Assembly: GCA_963693365.1 (NCBI GenBank)
Contig: CAVNZM010000017.1
Coordinates: forward strand, 3,515,375 to 3,579,374
Direction of reading: 5' to 3'
Length of the DNA: 64,000 nt
DNA from: Amoebidium appalachense
Lineage: Eukaryota; Protista; Ichthyosporea
Position numbers and translations under genes: made by a program. The notes below the pieces were generated by a model, which made no database searches, had not been told where the DNA came from, and saw nothing but the letters and a program-made list of their open reading frames with translations. Positions 16,335 through 28,857 of this stretch are shown piece after piece (position 1 is the stretch's first letter; every line of letters starts with the position of its first letter).

Positions 16335-16789
16335 CAAGCAAATGTGCTTCCATTTACAGTCCGATGTTGTGGAGGGAGGGTGGGGTTTATGTATATTTAC
16401 ATTCCTCTCAATTACTTAGGCTTGTTTCTCGAGTCCCCCTCCTCTTCTGTTCCCCCCCCCCCCCCCCCAACCCCCCTTCCCCCACGGTCCCCTTAGCTTG
16501 TCTCTCTTGGTGTTTCTGGTTTCTCTTTGGTGCAAGGTGTCCCTTTTTCCTCCACCGGTACATAGTTACTTGCGAGAGACGCGGGTGCTTGGGTGTATTC
16601 TGTCACTGCATGCAGCTTTGTTGCATGCGCTTTAACACTACATAAGCCTGTGTGTGCGTGATCTTTGTGCCTGGCCCAGCATGTGCAGTGCTTTGCTGGG
16701 TGTCTTCTTTGTTCGTGCCTGTGTGTGGCAAAGACATGGTGTGTTCACGTGTTCGTGTGTGCTTTGGTGTGCATGCTTGTTGAGTGCAA

Positions 16790-16938
16790 ATGCCACATGG
16801 GGTGTTTTTGTGTGTGGGCCATACCCCATGTTCTTTTGTGTGGGCGATGCCACATGTTCTTGTGTGTGGGCCATACCCCATGTTCTTTTGTGTGGGCGAT
16901 GACACATGTTCTTGTGTGTGAGCCATGCCACATGGGGT
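16790..16938. repeat. Intergenic minisatellite, alternating ~26-bp units (catgttcttttgtgtgggcgatgcca / catgttcttgtgtgtgggccataccc)
   Basis: Direct reading of the sequence. Confidence 0.8.
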
Positions 16939-18005
16939 GTTGCATGCACCATGGCGTGGACTGCAAATCCATGCAGGGGGGTCTATGACTGCTATGTCAA
17001 TCACCAGCACCGCGTGGCCCTGCACAGGCACCAATCAGATCTTCCCATTCCTCGCATTAGTGGGCAACATCTCAAAACACTTCAGTCTGCAACCATTCAT
17101 CGCATGGTGAGGGAGGGGACAGTGTGTACCAGATTCCTCCGGTTCATCAGCAACTAAACACGAAAAAAAACCAAGGCCGTGTAACATCCTAATAAATATC
17201 AGTGCACGCTTGCTTGCTGCTATGAATTGTGGACACGGGAATGTGTTTTTCACTGTGTTTTTTTCTGTGTTTGAAATGCCGGTAGACTTCTGAGTCAGTG
17301 TGTGTGCGATACCTAGATTGTAAATCTAGAATCATTATGGGTCAAGAAAGTGGGGGCACTGTGTGCAGTTGCCCGTTTTGTGGACCACACTTCGGGCCCA
17401 AGAATGGCCATGTGTGTGTCTTGCATGTGGTGCACTCAAGGCAACTCCCTACCAGCCATGCATACACAGGTCACCCTTAACATGTCTGTCTTGGACCTTA
17501 AATTACCAGCCAGCTGGTTAACCTTCAGAAACTTTTTTCAGCTCTCACATGGCCTGTCTTGAACATCGTTTACAGCCCCCTTCCCTCCCCCCCCCCCCCC
17601 CCCTCCCCCCTCCCCCTCCCCCCCCCTCCCCCCCCCCCCCCCCCCCCCCCCCGGGGGACCAGACACCCTCTGACCTAGTTAGATTACGTTCAGTTACTAT
17701 GTTGTATTTACATTGGTTTTGCAAGTTGCGGGTGTAGAGCGGCCACGAGTATTGGAATTGGAACTCGCCAATATAAAACGTATAAACATCAAGAGCTTAA
17801 AGCTACTATGCTCCGGTGATGGGTAATGCCATTACATGATATCTACACCATCTTTGTCTGTTTAAAACTAAGCCGCAGAAAACAAGACCCCACTGGAGGC
17901 CTGCCGTACCCCTCAAGTTGCTACATAATTTATTCCGTGTGGGCACCTGCTTGCCCATTAGGGCACACACACATGCAGCCACCGTGCCACGTCATGCATT
18001 CTGGC

Positions 18006-18929
18006 CTAGCGGGCATCATAAGTGCATGTCTGGCCTGTGGGGCACTCGTAGCACCTATTGGCTAGCAGGAAGTCTGTGCCGTCACAGTCCACGGCCAGGC
18101 TCGTGACCTTGCCGTCAGCCCCCACCAGTATCACCGTGCGCGTGCCAAGCTGCCGCCAGGCCGCAGGCTGGTTCTGCACGTTGCGGCTAATTTCTGTGAC
18201 CGTGGCGCTGCTGTAGACAAGCACTGAGATCTGTGTGGTGGTGATGCCTGTTGTGTCATTGGTGTACTTGGTCATGCCCAGTGGGTCCCACACCACGTCC
18301 AGGAACCCCATCATGTTGAGCACCTCCTTGAGATACGCTGCTGCCTCCAGCTCCGTGAGGTCACCCGTGACATTGAACATCACAATGCCCCCCGTAATGG
18401 CTGTGGGCTCGGGCGTGGGCGTGCCGTCGAAGTACGTGCTCGTGGGCATGTTTGTGTACGTGCTGGTGGACACGGGGTTCACCTTGGGCTGCACGTGCAC
18501 CTTTGGCTTGTCCTCGTGCTTTTTTTCCGTCTTATCCTTCTTTTCCTTCTTGTCGTCTTTCTCCTTCTCCTTCTTGGCCGTTTCTTTGGGCCTCGTCCAT
18601 GCAATGGTGCTTGTGGGTTTGTCGTGTGCGCGGTGGGGTCCATTTGCCTTGCCCTCGGGGGCCACCTTCTCGCTGGTGCTGTTTGCTGGCGCCGTGAGGC
18701 CTGCAGCCGGGTTGCTGATGGAGCGCCCCCAACGGTCCGTGTCGGCCAGGTTGAAGCCCAGCACGTCGTAGCCCGTGGCGTCGTAGCCGTTGAGGTCGTA
18801 TGCAATGCCCCGCAGCCCCAGCCGCCCATGGTCCCCGACAGGGGTGGGCGGGGTGGGGGAGGCATCGCCACTGGCGCCGTGGCCCATCATTAGGCACGCC
18901 ACGGCGGCCGCACACAGCAGCGACCGCAT
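18006..18929 (-). CDS. Intronless secreted/surface protein of unknown family (307 aa)
   Basis: Signal-peptide-like MRSLLCAAAVACLMMGHGASG; YDxxG repeats; Lys/Glu-rich then Thr/Pro-rich linkers; globular C-terminal domain ending in a 4-Cys motif. GC3-rich codon usage like the neighbouring host genes. Confidence 0.82.
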   Translation of the reverse strand: MRSLLCAAAVACLMMGHGASGDASPTPPTPVGDHGRLGLRGIAYDLNGYDATGYDVLGFNLADTDRWGRSISNPAAGLTAPANSTSEKVAPEGKANGPHRAHDKPTSTIAWTRPKETAKKEKEKDDKKEKKDKTEKKHEDKPKVHVQPKVNPVSTSTYTNMPTSTYFDGTPTPEPTAITGGIVMFNVTGDLTELEAAAYLKEVLNMMGFLDVVWDPLGMTKYTNDTTGITTTQISVLVYSSATVTEISRNVQNQPAAWRQLGTRTVILVGADGKVTSLAVDCDGTDFLLANRCYECPTGQTCTYDAR

Positions 18930-19755
18930 GGCTGGGTTCGGAAAAGTTAGATACGTCTAGGTCTTAGCACGCTAAAGAGATAAATAACGCGATATGCTAG
19001 CAGGCAGCCCCTTCCGTTACACGAGCAAGCCAACACTACACTCATCATGTGTGACCCCTCAGCCTGAACGGGGCCAGCTGGCGCAGCTTACAGATGATTG
19101 GCCACCTAAAGAGATTGAAAAGATGTGATTGGGTACTGCTTCATATCCAATCAAAATATCTTGTAAAAAGCCATATGCAGTAGCGCCTACAGAGCTACGT
19201 GAACTTTATCAAATCAAACAAGATTGAATCAAGTAGACCAATCGCATCGCGCTAAATGAAATTGCCTTCCATATAAAAGTATGTACCCCTACCATATTTA
19301 GAAGTCCAAGGTAGCTATATAAGGCAAAAGGAACTTTGGTATCGCCACCATGGGACACCACATGCGATGTACAAAACAGTGATGTAGGTACGTATTGTAG
19401 GTGCATGTAGCGCGCCTGAGAGTAGGCCACTGCGCAGCGGACATGTAGCGGGATTTTCTCTTGCTTATAATAAAGAAGTTTTTAGTCCGAGGCGCTGTAC
19501 TGTAGACTGGACATGCAGGTACCCCTCCTCCACCCAGCACTCAATGGAGCGGCTCCTGCCAGTGATGCGCGGTAAACCAATCATCAATGCGGAACTTGGA
19601 AATTCAGAGTCAGCGCGGCGCCGCGGGCGGCGGATCGGAGGGCACCTGCAGTACAGGCGGGACTGGGAGAGCCTACGACCGTTTGTATGTTAAAAAGAAT
19701 AGGGGGGCCACCTGGACAGAGATGCGCGGCTTCTGTGAGCGCACGGCAGGGCGGT

Positions 19756-22096
19756 ATGGTTGCTGTGCACCCGTATGCGCACCAGGTGTGTGTGTGCCCA
19801 GCTGTTGCTTTCAAGCCAGCTAGCGGCCCACTGACGCCTTGTGGGCCAACAGCAGCTGCTGGGGCTGGCCACGGCCGACCCGCCCTGCCCGCTGCTGGGC
19901 TGGCTGGTGGGCTATGACGCCACCGTGCTGAGCGTGTGCGTGCCACAGGCCCTGGGGGTGGTGGGGGTGGGGTAGGAGGTGGCTGAACGTGTGTGCAGGC
20001 AGGCCTGTGTGCTGCGCACAGACAAAGGCCAGCCGCTGTGGGCACAAGAGTTGCAGGCGGCAACAGACACCCTGCCCGCAGGTGCGAGCCTCAGGCACGG
20101 AGGGGTGGGGGGGTTGGGGGGGGGGTCAGGGACACGGAGGGGGCAGGGTTGGTGAGTGGGTGGGTGGGGGGGGGGGGGGGGAGAGGGGGGGGGGGGGGGG
20201 GGGGGGGAGGGCGGGGGGAGGGGGCAGGCAGGGAGCTGACAGGGCTGCAGGACTTGGGCTGGTAGGGGTGGTGGTGGGGAACAAGGGCGGGCTGGACTGG
20301 GTGGAAGCAAACAGCGCACAGGTGCAGGTAACAAGCCCCAAGCGGGCCTGAAGCCTGCATGTGGCTCAGGGTCTGGCACCTGTGCCGTGCGGTGTAGGCT
20401 GAACCGGTGTGCTTCCTTGCAACACGCCTGCTTTTCCTTGCGTGCTGTGGGCCATTCAAGTGCGTGTGGATAAACGGACAGCCGGGCCGAGTTGCAGCCA
20501 GCCAGGGGGTGACTTGGGGGGGAGGCAGAGGCACGGGCTGGGGACTGCCGTGGCGGTGGTGGGGCCGGACGGAGTGGGCTGGCACAGGCTGGGGGAGGAC
20601 GGGCACTTGCAGGCGGCAGACACACGGCCAGCAGAGGGTCTGGGGGCCAGCCACTTGCTGCTGCACGGCACCTGGGCCTGCACCCTGCCCCTGTGCCCGG
20701 GTGCAGGTAAAGTGCTCCCCCAGAGCGGGGGAGGGGGGAGGGGGGGGGTGGAACGCCATTTACAGGGGGAGGGCAGGAGGCCTCAAAGGACAAGGAGTGC
20801 AGGTGGCAGCGACGCTTTCAAGCAGCAGTTCTGTGTTCGTGCTGGGCACCAACCAGTACACTGTGCGCTGGGGCAGGTGCCCTTGTGGTGTTGGGGAAGG
20901 GGGGGGCACGAGTATGTGCTGACGGCAGGGCAGGCAGTACGGGGGGGGCAGCGGTGGGGAGCCTGGGGCTGCTGGCACAGGGCACGGTGCCGTGGCTGCA
21001 CGTGGCCCACCGCACTGCGCCTGCGCCTGTGCCCCTGACCGTGCACCACAAAGGTACATGCCTGCCCTGCTGCAACCCCTCCTCCCCCCCCTCCCCCCCC
21101 CCCCCCCCCCCTCTGCCCGCAGCTAACATCCCCCTGCAGGTGCCCAGGGTGCCCGTGCTCTCTGTGTGCGCCTGCAGACCGTGGCCTACGTGCCGGCCAC
21201 CGTGCAGGCCTCAGGGGCCGTGTGCCTGTATGCTGCGGCCATGGCCAGAGACCTGCAACGGGTGCTGGCTGGGCAGGAGGCCACGGGCACCAGCCAGGTG
21301 TGTGCTTGGATGGAGACAGAGGTGGACGGGGTGTGGGGTGGGAAGGGACGAAGGCTGAGTGTGTGTCTCGGCAGGTTGTGCGGCAGCACCAGCCTGAGGG
21401 CCTGCCCCACTTGGTGGCCACGTGCTGGCCGGCAGACGGCACAGACAGCAAACCACAGGCAGGTGAGGCCAATGGCAGGGTGGCATGTGGCCCATGGTGC
21501 GGCGGCATGTGGCCAAGGCCAGGGTACTTGTGGCCAAAGGCAGCGTGCATGTGGCCAATGGCAGGCTGCATGTGGCCAGTCGCAGGGTGGCATGTGGGCA
21601 GGTGGGATGTGGCCAGTAGCAAGGTGGCAGGTGGGCAGGTGGGATGCGGCCAATAGCAGGGTGGCATGTGGGCAGGTGGGATGCGGCCAATGGCATGTGG
21701 CCCATGGCAGGGTGGCAGGTGGCCCATGGCTGGGTGGCACTTAACATTAACCCTCTCCAGTGGCGCAGCGGCAGACACTGCACCAGCGGCTGCTGCTGCC
21801 TTCCCGTCCTCTCCTCAGGGCCCCCCAGGCACTGACCTTCACGGCACAGCAAACAGCAACAGGTGCAGCCCTGTGCGCGGGGGTGGGTTTGGGATAAGGG
21901 GGGTTGTTTTGACAGGCAGGGCAGGGCGGCTACGTGACGTCCACTTGGGGCTGGCCAACCCACAGGGTGGGTTGCTGGAGGGTGGGGGTGAGGGGCAAGA
22001 GGAGGGGCTGAGACCGGGACAGGGGGTGAGGTGGGGCTGGTGCGGGGCAGCTACGAGTACTACCACTATGGCCAAGACGGCCTGGATGACAGGGTG

Positions 22097-22131
<35 letters not shown>

Positions 22132-23376
22132 CCCCCCCCCCTCCCAAAAAAAAACACGGGCACACACACACACAACATGCTCTTGCTCAGCCTGGGAGAG
22201 GTTCAGGTTCCTTAATATTTTTAGTTCGGTCACCTGAGGCTGATGGAGAATCTTGTGCCACGACCTGCCGCCACCAAGAGCACTTGGCCTGCCTCCACCT
22301 GCCATGATATCAAGGCCCACTCACCCCCAAAATCTCATGTTGCCATAATAGTCTCTATCTTCTGGGCCCCATGCACACTGGCGTTACCTGGTTTGCTTGG
22401 AGTTCTTGCGGTGGGCAATTAGGCTAACTGATGTGCAGGGCTGGGGCTGTGCCTACCGGGCACTGCAGACACTGGTGTCGCACTTGCTGCTGGGTCACGT
22501 GGTGGCCGGCCACGTGCCCAGCCACAGAACAATCCAGCAGGCCCTGGTCCAGCTGGTACGTGCCCCTTGGCACCAGGGGGGGGGGGGGGGGGGGGGGGGG
22601 GGGCTGACCGTGCCTGTGGGTTGTGTCGGGGGAGCATAGGGGGACCGGGAGAGCAGTATTGTGGGGTCGCAGCAGTGGCTGGGCACGTACGAGGCCTGCC
22701 TGGTGCTAGGCCACCTCTACCAGGTGCGCACACACACCCCCCTGGCCCGACCTGCCCTCCCCCCCTAACCCTGGCGCAGGTGGACTGCCGCATAGTCAGT
22801 GTGGCCGACCGCAGCCAGCTGCCCGGCCAGGCCCGCACCCTGCTCAGGCACTTTGCCACACACGGCACCCCCGCCATGCTCGGTACGTGTGTGTGCCCAG
22901 CAGGGGTGCAGAAAGGTAGTCTGGCTGTTGCAGGGTGAGCGGTGCACATTTGTACGTGTCTTCGGCACGTCACTTCTGCTCTCTCGGTTTGGACGGAGGG
23001 TCTTCTGTCTACCATGCCTTCTGCTTGTATTTTCAGTTTAAGGGTGTTACTTATCGCAGGTCCAGGCGCTTGATCTATTTTCAGGCTGTGCGTCTTATGC
23101 ATTTCGTGTGTGTCTATGTGTGTGTGTGCTCTTGTTCAAGTGCCCTGGGTAGTGCCTTGTGCAATATCTCCCTTACGGCGACTGTGTTTGTGTGCCTGAC
23201 GGGTGGGGGCCCGGGGGCTGCAGGGGGAGGGGTGCTGGCGCACACTATGCTGGGGGTGTGGTATGAGCCGGCAACCGGCGCCATGCAGCTGCTCATTCTG
23301 GATCCTCACTACACCGGGTATGCCCCAGCACCCACCTACTACTATCCAACTCCTGCCTGCCATCACACCCCCCCCC

Positions 23377-23418
<42 letters not shown>

Positions 23419-23744
23419 CCCCTCCCCCCCTGCCGCCCTCCCCCGCCCGTCTCCTTCCCCCCCCCCATACAGAAGCACACAGGCACGTATGGACTTCAAG
23501 GGGGCATGGGGTCCACACACACCATCTGGTGCCTTATGCTCGCTTGTGTGGCTGTGGGGTTGTAGTGTGGTGGGTTTCAGGAGCTATGGCTAAGGTTTGC
23601 TAAGTGCCGGCCCCGTTTTGCTGCAGGGCCGACGAAGCAGACACGGTGCAGCGCAAGGGCTGGTGCGGGTGGAAGGACCTCGATTTTCTGGCCCCGGCCA
23701 CCCCCTACAACCTGTGCCTGCCCCTCTGCCCCGACACCATATAG
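19756..23744 (+). CDS. UFSP2: Ufm1-specific protease 2 (peptidase C78), multi-exon; start codon approximate
   Basis: LRDVHLGL, LVRGSYEYYHYGQDGLDD|GWGCAYRALQT (catalytic Cys), VPSHRTIQQALV, GDRESSIVGSQQWLG, HFATHGTPAMLG|GGVLAHTMLGV, LILDPHYTG (Asp/His), KGWCGWK...YNLCLP, stop TAG at 23744. The long N-terminal extension matches UFSP2 rather than UFSP1. Confidence 0.92.
21476..21740 (+). repeat. Degenerate intronic repeat (gtggcatgtgg / ggcaggtggg / ggccaat units) in UFSP2
   Basis: Direct reading of the sequence. Confidence 0.7.
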
Positions 23745-24779
23745 CCGCAGCACACTTGTGCACAGGCTTGGCAGGTGGAGGCACACACAATATACAGGCA
23801 GTGTGGAGCTGTGCACACAGATAGACAAGTTTAGTAGCCTAGGTGTGTACACAATTAAACTTATGTAGTAGTCTAGGTGTGCACACAGCACAGGCAGTGT
23901 GGAGCTGTCGCACAGGACGTAGATCATACAGCCTACACGTGCACACAGGCATAGTCCAAAGCTACGGTATACGTGCCCCCACATGATACGGGTGTAGGAT
24001 CTGCCGTGTGCCAACCTGTGACCTGACTCGCTGCTGGTTGACTGGCGTATGCACGTGGAGTGTGGCATAAGTGGCTGACGGCCAATAAAGATGGGGGACG
24101 TGGGTGTGCCTCCGGTGTGCCTTTGGGCCACGGCAGGTGTGTGTGTCAGCTAATCCTTGAACAGCCAGGTCGAGACCTAATAGTCTTGGAAAGGTCCGGA
24201 AACTTTTCTTTCACAGCACGTATGCACGAGCAAGGCGCTGCGGGATTTTTTGCTGTGCTCGTGGGCTAGGCCAGCAAGAGTTTGCGGTGCATGGCTAACA
24301 ACGTCTGTTGGCAAAAAACGGGGACTGTCGGGCACACAGTTTCTGTGAGGCGTGCATGTGAGAAGGGCAATTAAAGTACATATGGAGAGGAAGGTGACCA
24401 CTGACCCGCATCTGTATTCTATAGTGTGGTTCGTGTCCGTAATAATGTGGTGCGTCCCTGACTGCAAACCTCACAAGTTGTTGTGGGGTGTTCCCCTTGT
24501 GTGTCTTGCTCTGCACGGCAGCCTTATGCAGACCCTTCGCTGTCTTTCCTGTGTACACTGTAGTATTTATTGTACATGTTGGGTGTCCCCAGCCCACTAC
24601 ATAGCTGGTGTCCCCTCAAAGCGCCTCGGTTCCTATTGGTGCATGGCGCACCTCACGTGTGATTGGCGCACCACGCACCCCAGCCACGTGCACAGATCTG
24701 CCTGCTGTGGCACAAAAGGCGCAGGCACCCTCCCCACCTGCCAGTCTCCCACCCTGCAGCTCCCCCCCCCTCCGCCACC

Positions 24780-25235
24780 ATGTCTACCGAGCGCACTTAC
24801 ATCATGATCAAGCCCGACGGCGTGCAGCGCGGGCTTGTGGGCAAAATCATCGAGCGGTTCGAGGCCAAGGGCTTCAAGCTGGTGGCGCTCAAGCTCAAGC
24901 AGCCCACGCAGGCGCTGCTGGAGCAGCACTACGCCGACCTGGCCGCCCGCCCGTTCTTCCCCGGCCTGGTCAAGTACATGTCCAGCGGCCCCGTGTGCTG
25001 CATGGTCTGGGAGGGCCTCAACGCGGTCAAGACCGGCCGGCAGATGCTGGGCGCCACAAATCCGGCCGACAGCGCCCCGGGCACCATCCGCGGGGACTTC
25101 TGCGTGCAGGTGGGCCGCAACATCTGCCACGGGTCCGACAGCGTGGAGTCTGCCCAGAAGGAGATTGCTCTCTGGTTCTCTGAGGACGAGCTGTGCCAGT
25201 GGACCCCCGCCCAGCAGGGCTGGATCTACGAGTAG
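24780..25235 (+). CDS. NDK: Nucleoside diphosphate kinase (group I NME-like), 151 aa, intronless CDS
   Basis: gccaccATG Kozak context; [18 protein letters not shown]...PGTIRGDF...[10 protein letters not shown] (phospho-His motif)...WIYE*; AATAAA at 25240. Confidence 0.98.
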   Translation: MSTERTYIMIKPDGVQRGLVGKIIERFEAKGFKLVALKLKQPTQALLEQHYADLAARPFFPGLVKYMSSGPVCCMVWEGLNAVKTGRQMLGATNPADSAPGTIRGDFCVQVGRNICHGSDSVESAQKEIALWFSEDELCQWTPAQQGWIYE

Positions 25236-26505
25236 ACGCAATAAACGTAGCAGTCCTGTGCCGTGGATGCTAACATGGCCCGTGCACAGACCGGCTTACG
25301 TTAACGCACTGTGGTTGTGGTAGGGTACACCAGGGCTGGACCGAACTTGGGCAGTTTTTTGCAGGGGTCAGCCAGTGGAAGGAACACACACACACATACA
25401 CACACACACACCAGAGACACACACGCATGCCAAGGGTTTCTATGCATGGCAAAAAACTTGCCCTGTTTTTCTTGCCGGCCACTCTTTTCTCCGAGGGGTC
25501 TAGTGGCTCGTTGGGAACATGGAGCTTCACATGTACTCTATTTGTCCTTTTGAAGCCAGACAGGCTCCACCGGGGAGGAGGGGGGGGGGCACGAACCCTG
25601 TGAGTGGCAGAGTGCACGTGCCTGCAGACGGGGCCACATACGAGAGCGCTGACAAGACAGCCGGGGGAGTTAATAAGGATTTTGCTAGCAAGCCTTGTTG
25701 GGTGTACACATCAAACAAATGGATGTTGAGCCTACATATGAAAAAGGTGTTGGGTCCACATATGAACAAGAGGGTGTTGGGTCTACCAATCAATTATGTG
25801 GACGTTGGGTCTACTATATCGAACTGTTGTTATCAAACGCATGGATGTTGGGCCTAGTTTTTTTTTTTTTTTTTTTTTTTGGGGGGGGGGGGGGTCTACA
25901 TTATCAAACAACTGAATGCATGTTAGGTCTACGCATCAAACAAGCTGGGCTCTGGGGGCTTCAGTGCCTGTGTGTGTGCAGGCCCCCCACCCACACACAC
26001 ACACCGAGGCTCCCCGTCATGCACATATGTGTGTGGTGCCTCAGCACAACTGGTTGCATGGTAACAGGCCATGGCACCAGCTCACACTGGCAAGGTGCCA
26101 GCAGCTGGCCCACCAGTAAGAGTCGGAGTAGTTTTGGAGACTGGTAGGTGTAGCACAATGTCATCGGTTCCCACACTTAACTTTTCAGCCGGGGAAGACG
26201 GGATCCACACTATGTCCTGGCAATAAATTTAGTCAACGCAAACTGAAACATACCAAGAATGACGTTGTAAGTACTAGTCAGTATATCATAATCTGATACA
26301 TTGTTGTGCTTGAAAGCACACTGTGACTGTCCATGCAGCCACAAAGCACACCTATTAGTTTTGCTGTGTTATCTAATATAAACCCTAGCCTATCTGCATT
26401 GCCTCTTTATCATTCCCCCCCCCCCCCAACCCCCACGGTCCCTTTCCCGGCCAACTCGCACTCCCGGAACAGATCTAGGAATCTAGACTTACGGCACCGC
26501 TCCCG

Positions 26506-26560
<55 letters not shown>

Positions 26561-27025
26561 ACACACAAACAAGGAAAAACAAATGGAAAAAACAGAAGAA
26601 GAAGCACGATGAGGCACGACACTCATTAGGTAGATAGCATGGTTATTGACATGGCACTGTGGCATGTACAACATGACCTTACGTGTTCTATATTACAACG
26701 AGGTCTATGCGCCGGTGATAGGTTAAAAAGAGAGGGGTGATGGAGAGAAACAAATTTGAGGACCGTAAAAAGATATGTAAACATGTTGGTGTGGGTGCGT
26801 GTGTGACTGTGTCTGTGGGAAGGAGGAGGGGGGGGGGAGGGGAGGGGGGGGGGGGGGGTGAGTGTGTGTTTGCAAATTGTGTGCTTGTGTGCCACGTGTG
26901 TCTGTGGGAGGCGGGTGGGGGGGGGGGGGGGGGGGGGGGGAGGGGGGGAGGGGGGGGAGGGCTGTGCATGTGTGAGCGTGTGTGTTAGTGTGCGCGCGTG
27001 TCTGTGAGAGGCCGGAGTGTGCAAG

Positions 27026-27028
<3 letters not shown>

Positions 27029-27069
<41 letters not shown>

Positions 27070-27144
27070 CGCACGCGCGTGTGTGTGTGTGAGTGTGTGT
27101 GTGTGTGTGTGATGTGTTTGTGTGTGCGTGTGTGTAGGCGTGTG

Positions 27145-27201
<57 letters not shown>

Positions 27202-27214
27202 CGTGCGTGTGTGC

Positions 27215-27247
<33 letters not shown>

Positions 27248-27534
27248 ATTGTGTCAGACGATGTGTGTTTGATTTGTAGGTGTGTATGCTGTGTGTGTGT
27301 GGAGGTGTGTCAGACTGCCCTTGTGGTGTGGTGTGTGTGTGTGTGCCGCGTCCGTGCGTCCGTGCGTGCGTGTGTGTGTCGGGTGAGGTGTGTGTGTGTG
27401 TGTGTGTGTGCGTGTGTGTGTGCGTGCGTGTGCGTGTGTGTGTGTGTGTCAGATGAGGTGTGTGTGTGTGTGTGTGTGTGTGCCGCGTCCGTGTGTGTGC
27501 GCGCGCGTGTGTGCGTGCGTGCGTGTGTGTGTGT

Positions 27535-27589
<55 letters not shown>

Positions 27590-27735
27590 ATAAGTGTGCT
27601 GGCGTATGGTGAGTGTTTGTGTGTGCGCGCGTGCAAGTGTACGTGTGTGTGTGCGTGTCGGGGTGTGTGTGTGTGTGCGTGTCGGGGTATGTGCAGGTGT
27701 GTGTGTGTTTGTGTGTGTATGTGTGTGTCTGTGTG
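27029..27735. repeat. ~700-bp degenerate (GT)/(GCGT) microsatellite at the gene-island/TE-array boundary
   Basis: Direct reading of the sequence. Confidence 0.9.
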
Positions 27736-28640
27736 ACTCCTTGCGTCCCCCCCCCCCCCCCCCCCCCCCCCCGCGCCCTGCACTGGTCCCTTCAACTGCC
27801 CCGTTCCTTGTTCCCCATCCCCCTTCCCATCTTTTCCCGGGAAGCGCAAGAAAGAGAGGGCGAGGCGAGAGAAAGAGAGTGAGGTTTTGAGAGATGGAAA
27901 TGGAGAGAAAGAAAGAGAGCAAGTGTGCACACGAGTTTCTAGGTTGGGCGGTGGAAGAGGTTGTGAATGTAAGGAGAGAAGGTGGTAACGGTATATGCAA
28001 ATGTATCTGGGCATAGACCAATTTCGTGAGTGCAGATGAATGTCTGTGCGTACACGCCTATGGACACGACTCAAAGAACGTTAACGCAGACTCATAGCTG
28101 CGCGCAGCGGCGATGGCGTTATCCAAGTAAGCAACGCAAACCGGCGCCGGCATAAAAACGATAAGACAACCACACTTTCAATAGCTTGCAGAGTAAGAAT
28201 AATAGACATTTGCTTACACATGTTATTGTGAAAGTTTGCTCAAAACGTGGCACACAGCCTACGCATACGGTCCTGGCTACGGACACCGTACCCTAGGCAT
28301 TTTAGCTCTGTGATCAACATGATCATGTTGGCAAGAAACAAACGTCATGTGATGTCGCCCGATTGGTGGCTAAAGCTGATTGGTTCAATATTGCGTAAGG
28401 CGCGAAAGTAACAGTCCGCCAGACTTAACGAGTTCTTTTTTCACAATTTTTCTAATTCTACGTTTAGTCCTACTGTCGGACTGTCCTACATCCCAATAGA
28501 CCTATAAAAGATATAACTCTGTAGTAAAATATTTTTTTAATCAATATATTTGCTTTGGGCCAACACATTTTACAAAATTATCACTTAAAAGCTTGCAGCT
28601 TGGCGTTCAGAGGCTTGGAGCCGTATTTTCGAAGTTTCAA

Positions 28641-28857
28641 GACTTCACTTTCACTTCGATCACTTCCTTTCACATCAAATTTTTTTCCCGATTTTCCACT
28701 ATGACGGATATATAAGATTTTTCGCTTCTCTCTCTTTGTGGCTTCACTTTCACTTCTATCACTTTCCTTTCACATCAATTTTTTTTCCAGATTTTCCACT
28801 ATGATGGATATATAAGAGCTTTCGCTTCTCTCTCTTTGTGGCAAGGGGAAGTCCCAC
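28641..28857 (+). repeat. ~100-bp tandem duplication with TATA box; diverged third copy at 29882-29998 (LTR/promoter-like)
   Basis: cttcactttcacttc...ttttttcc(c/a)gattttccactatga(c/t)ggatatataaga...tctttgtgg twice. A similar tgacttcacttttacttcgatc...tatataaagg...ggtcccac lies at 29881. Confidence 0.75.

Noticed and set aside
24608-25323. Overlapping or antisense ORFs on NDK, and the 39-aa N-terminal extension from 24663
   Set aside because: Shadow frames of a GC3-rich gene. The Kozak ATG at 24780 follows a likely 3' splice site (ctgcag ~24759), so the extension is probably intron/UTR.
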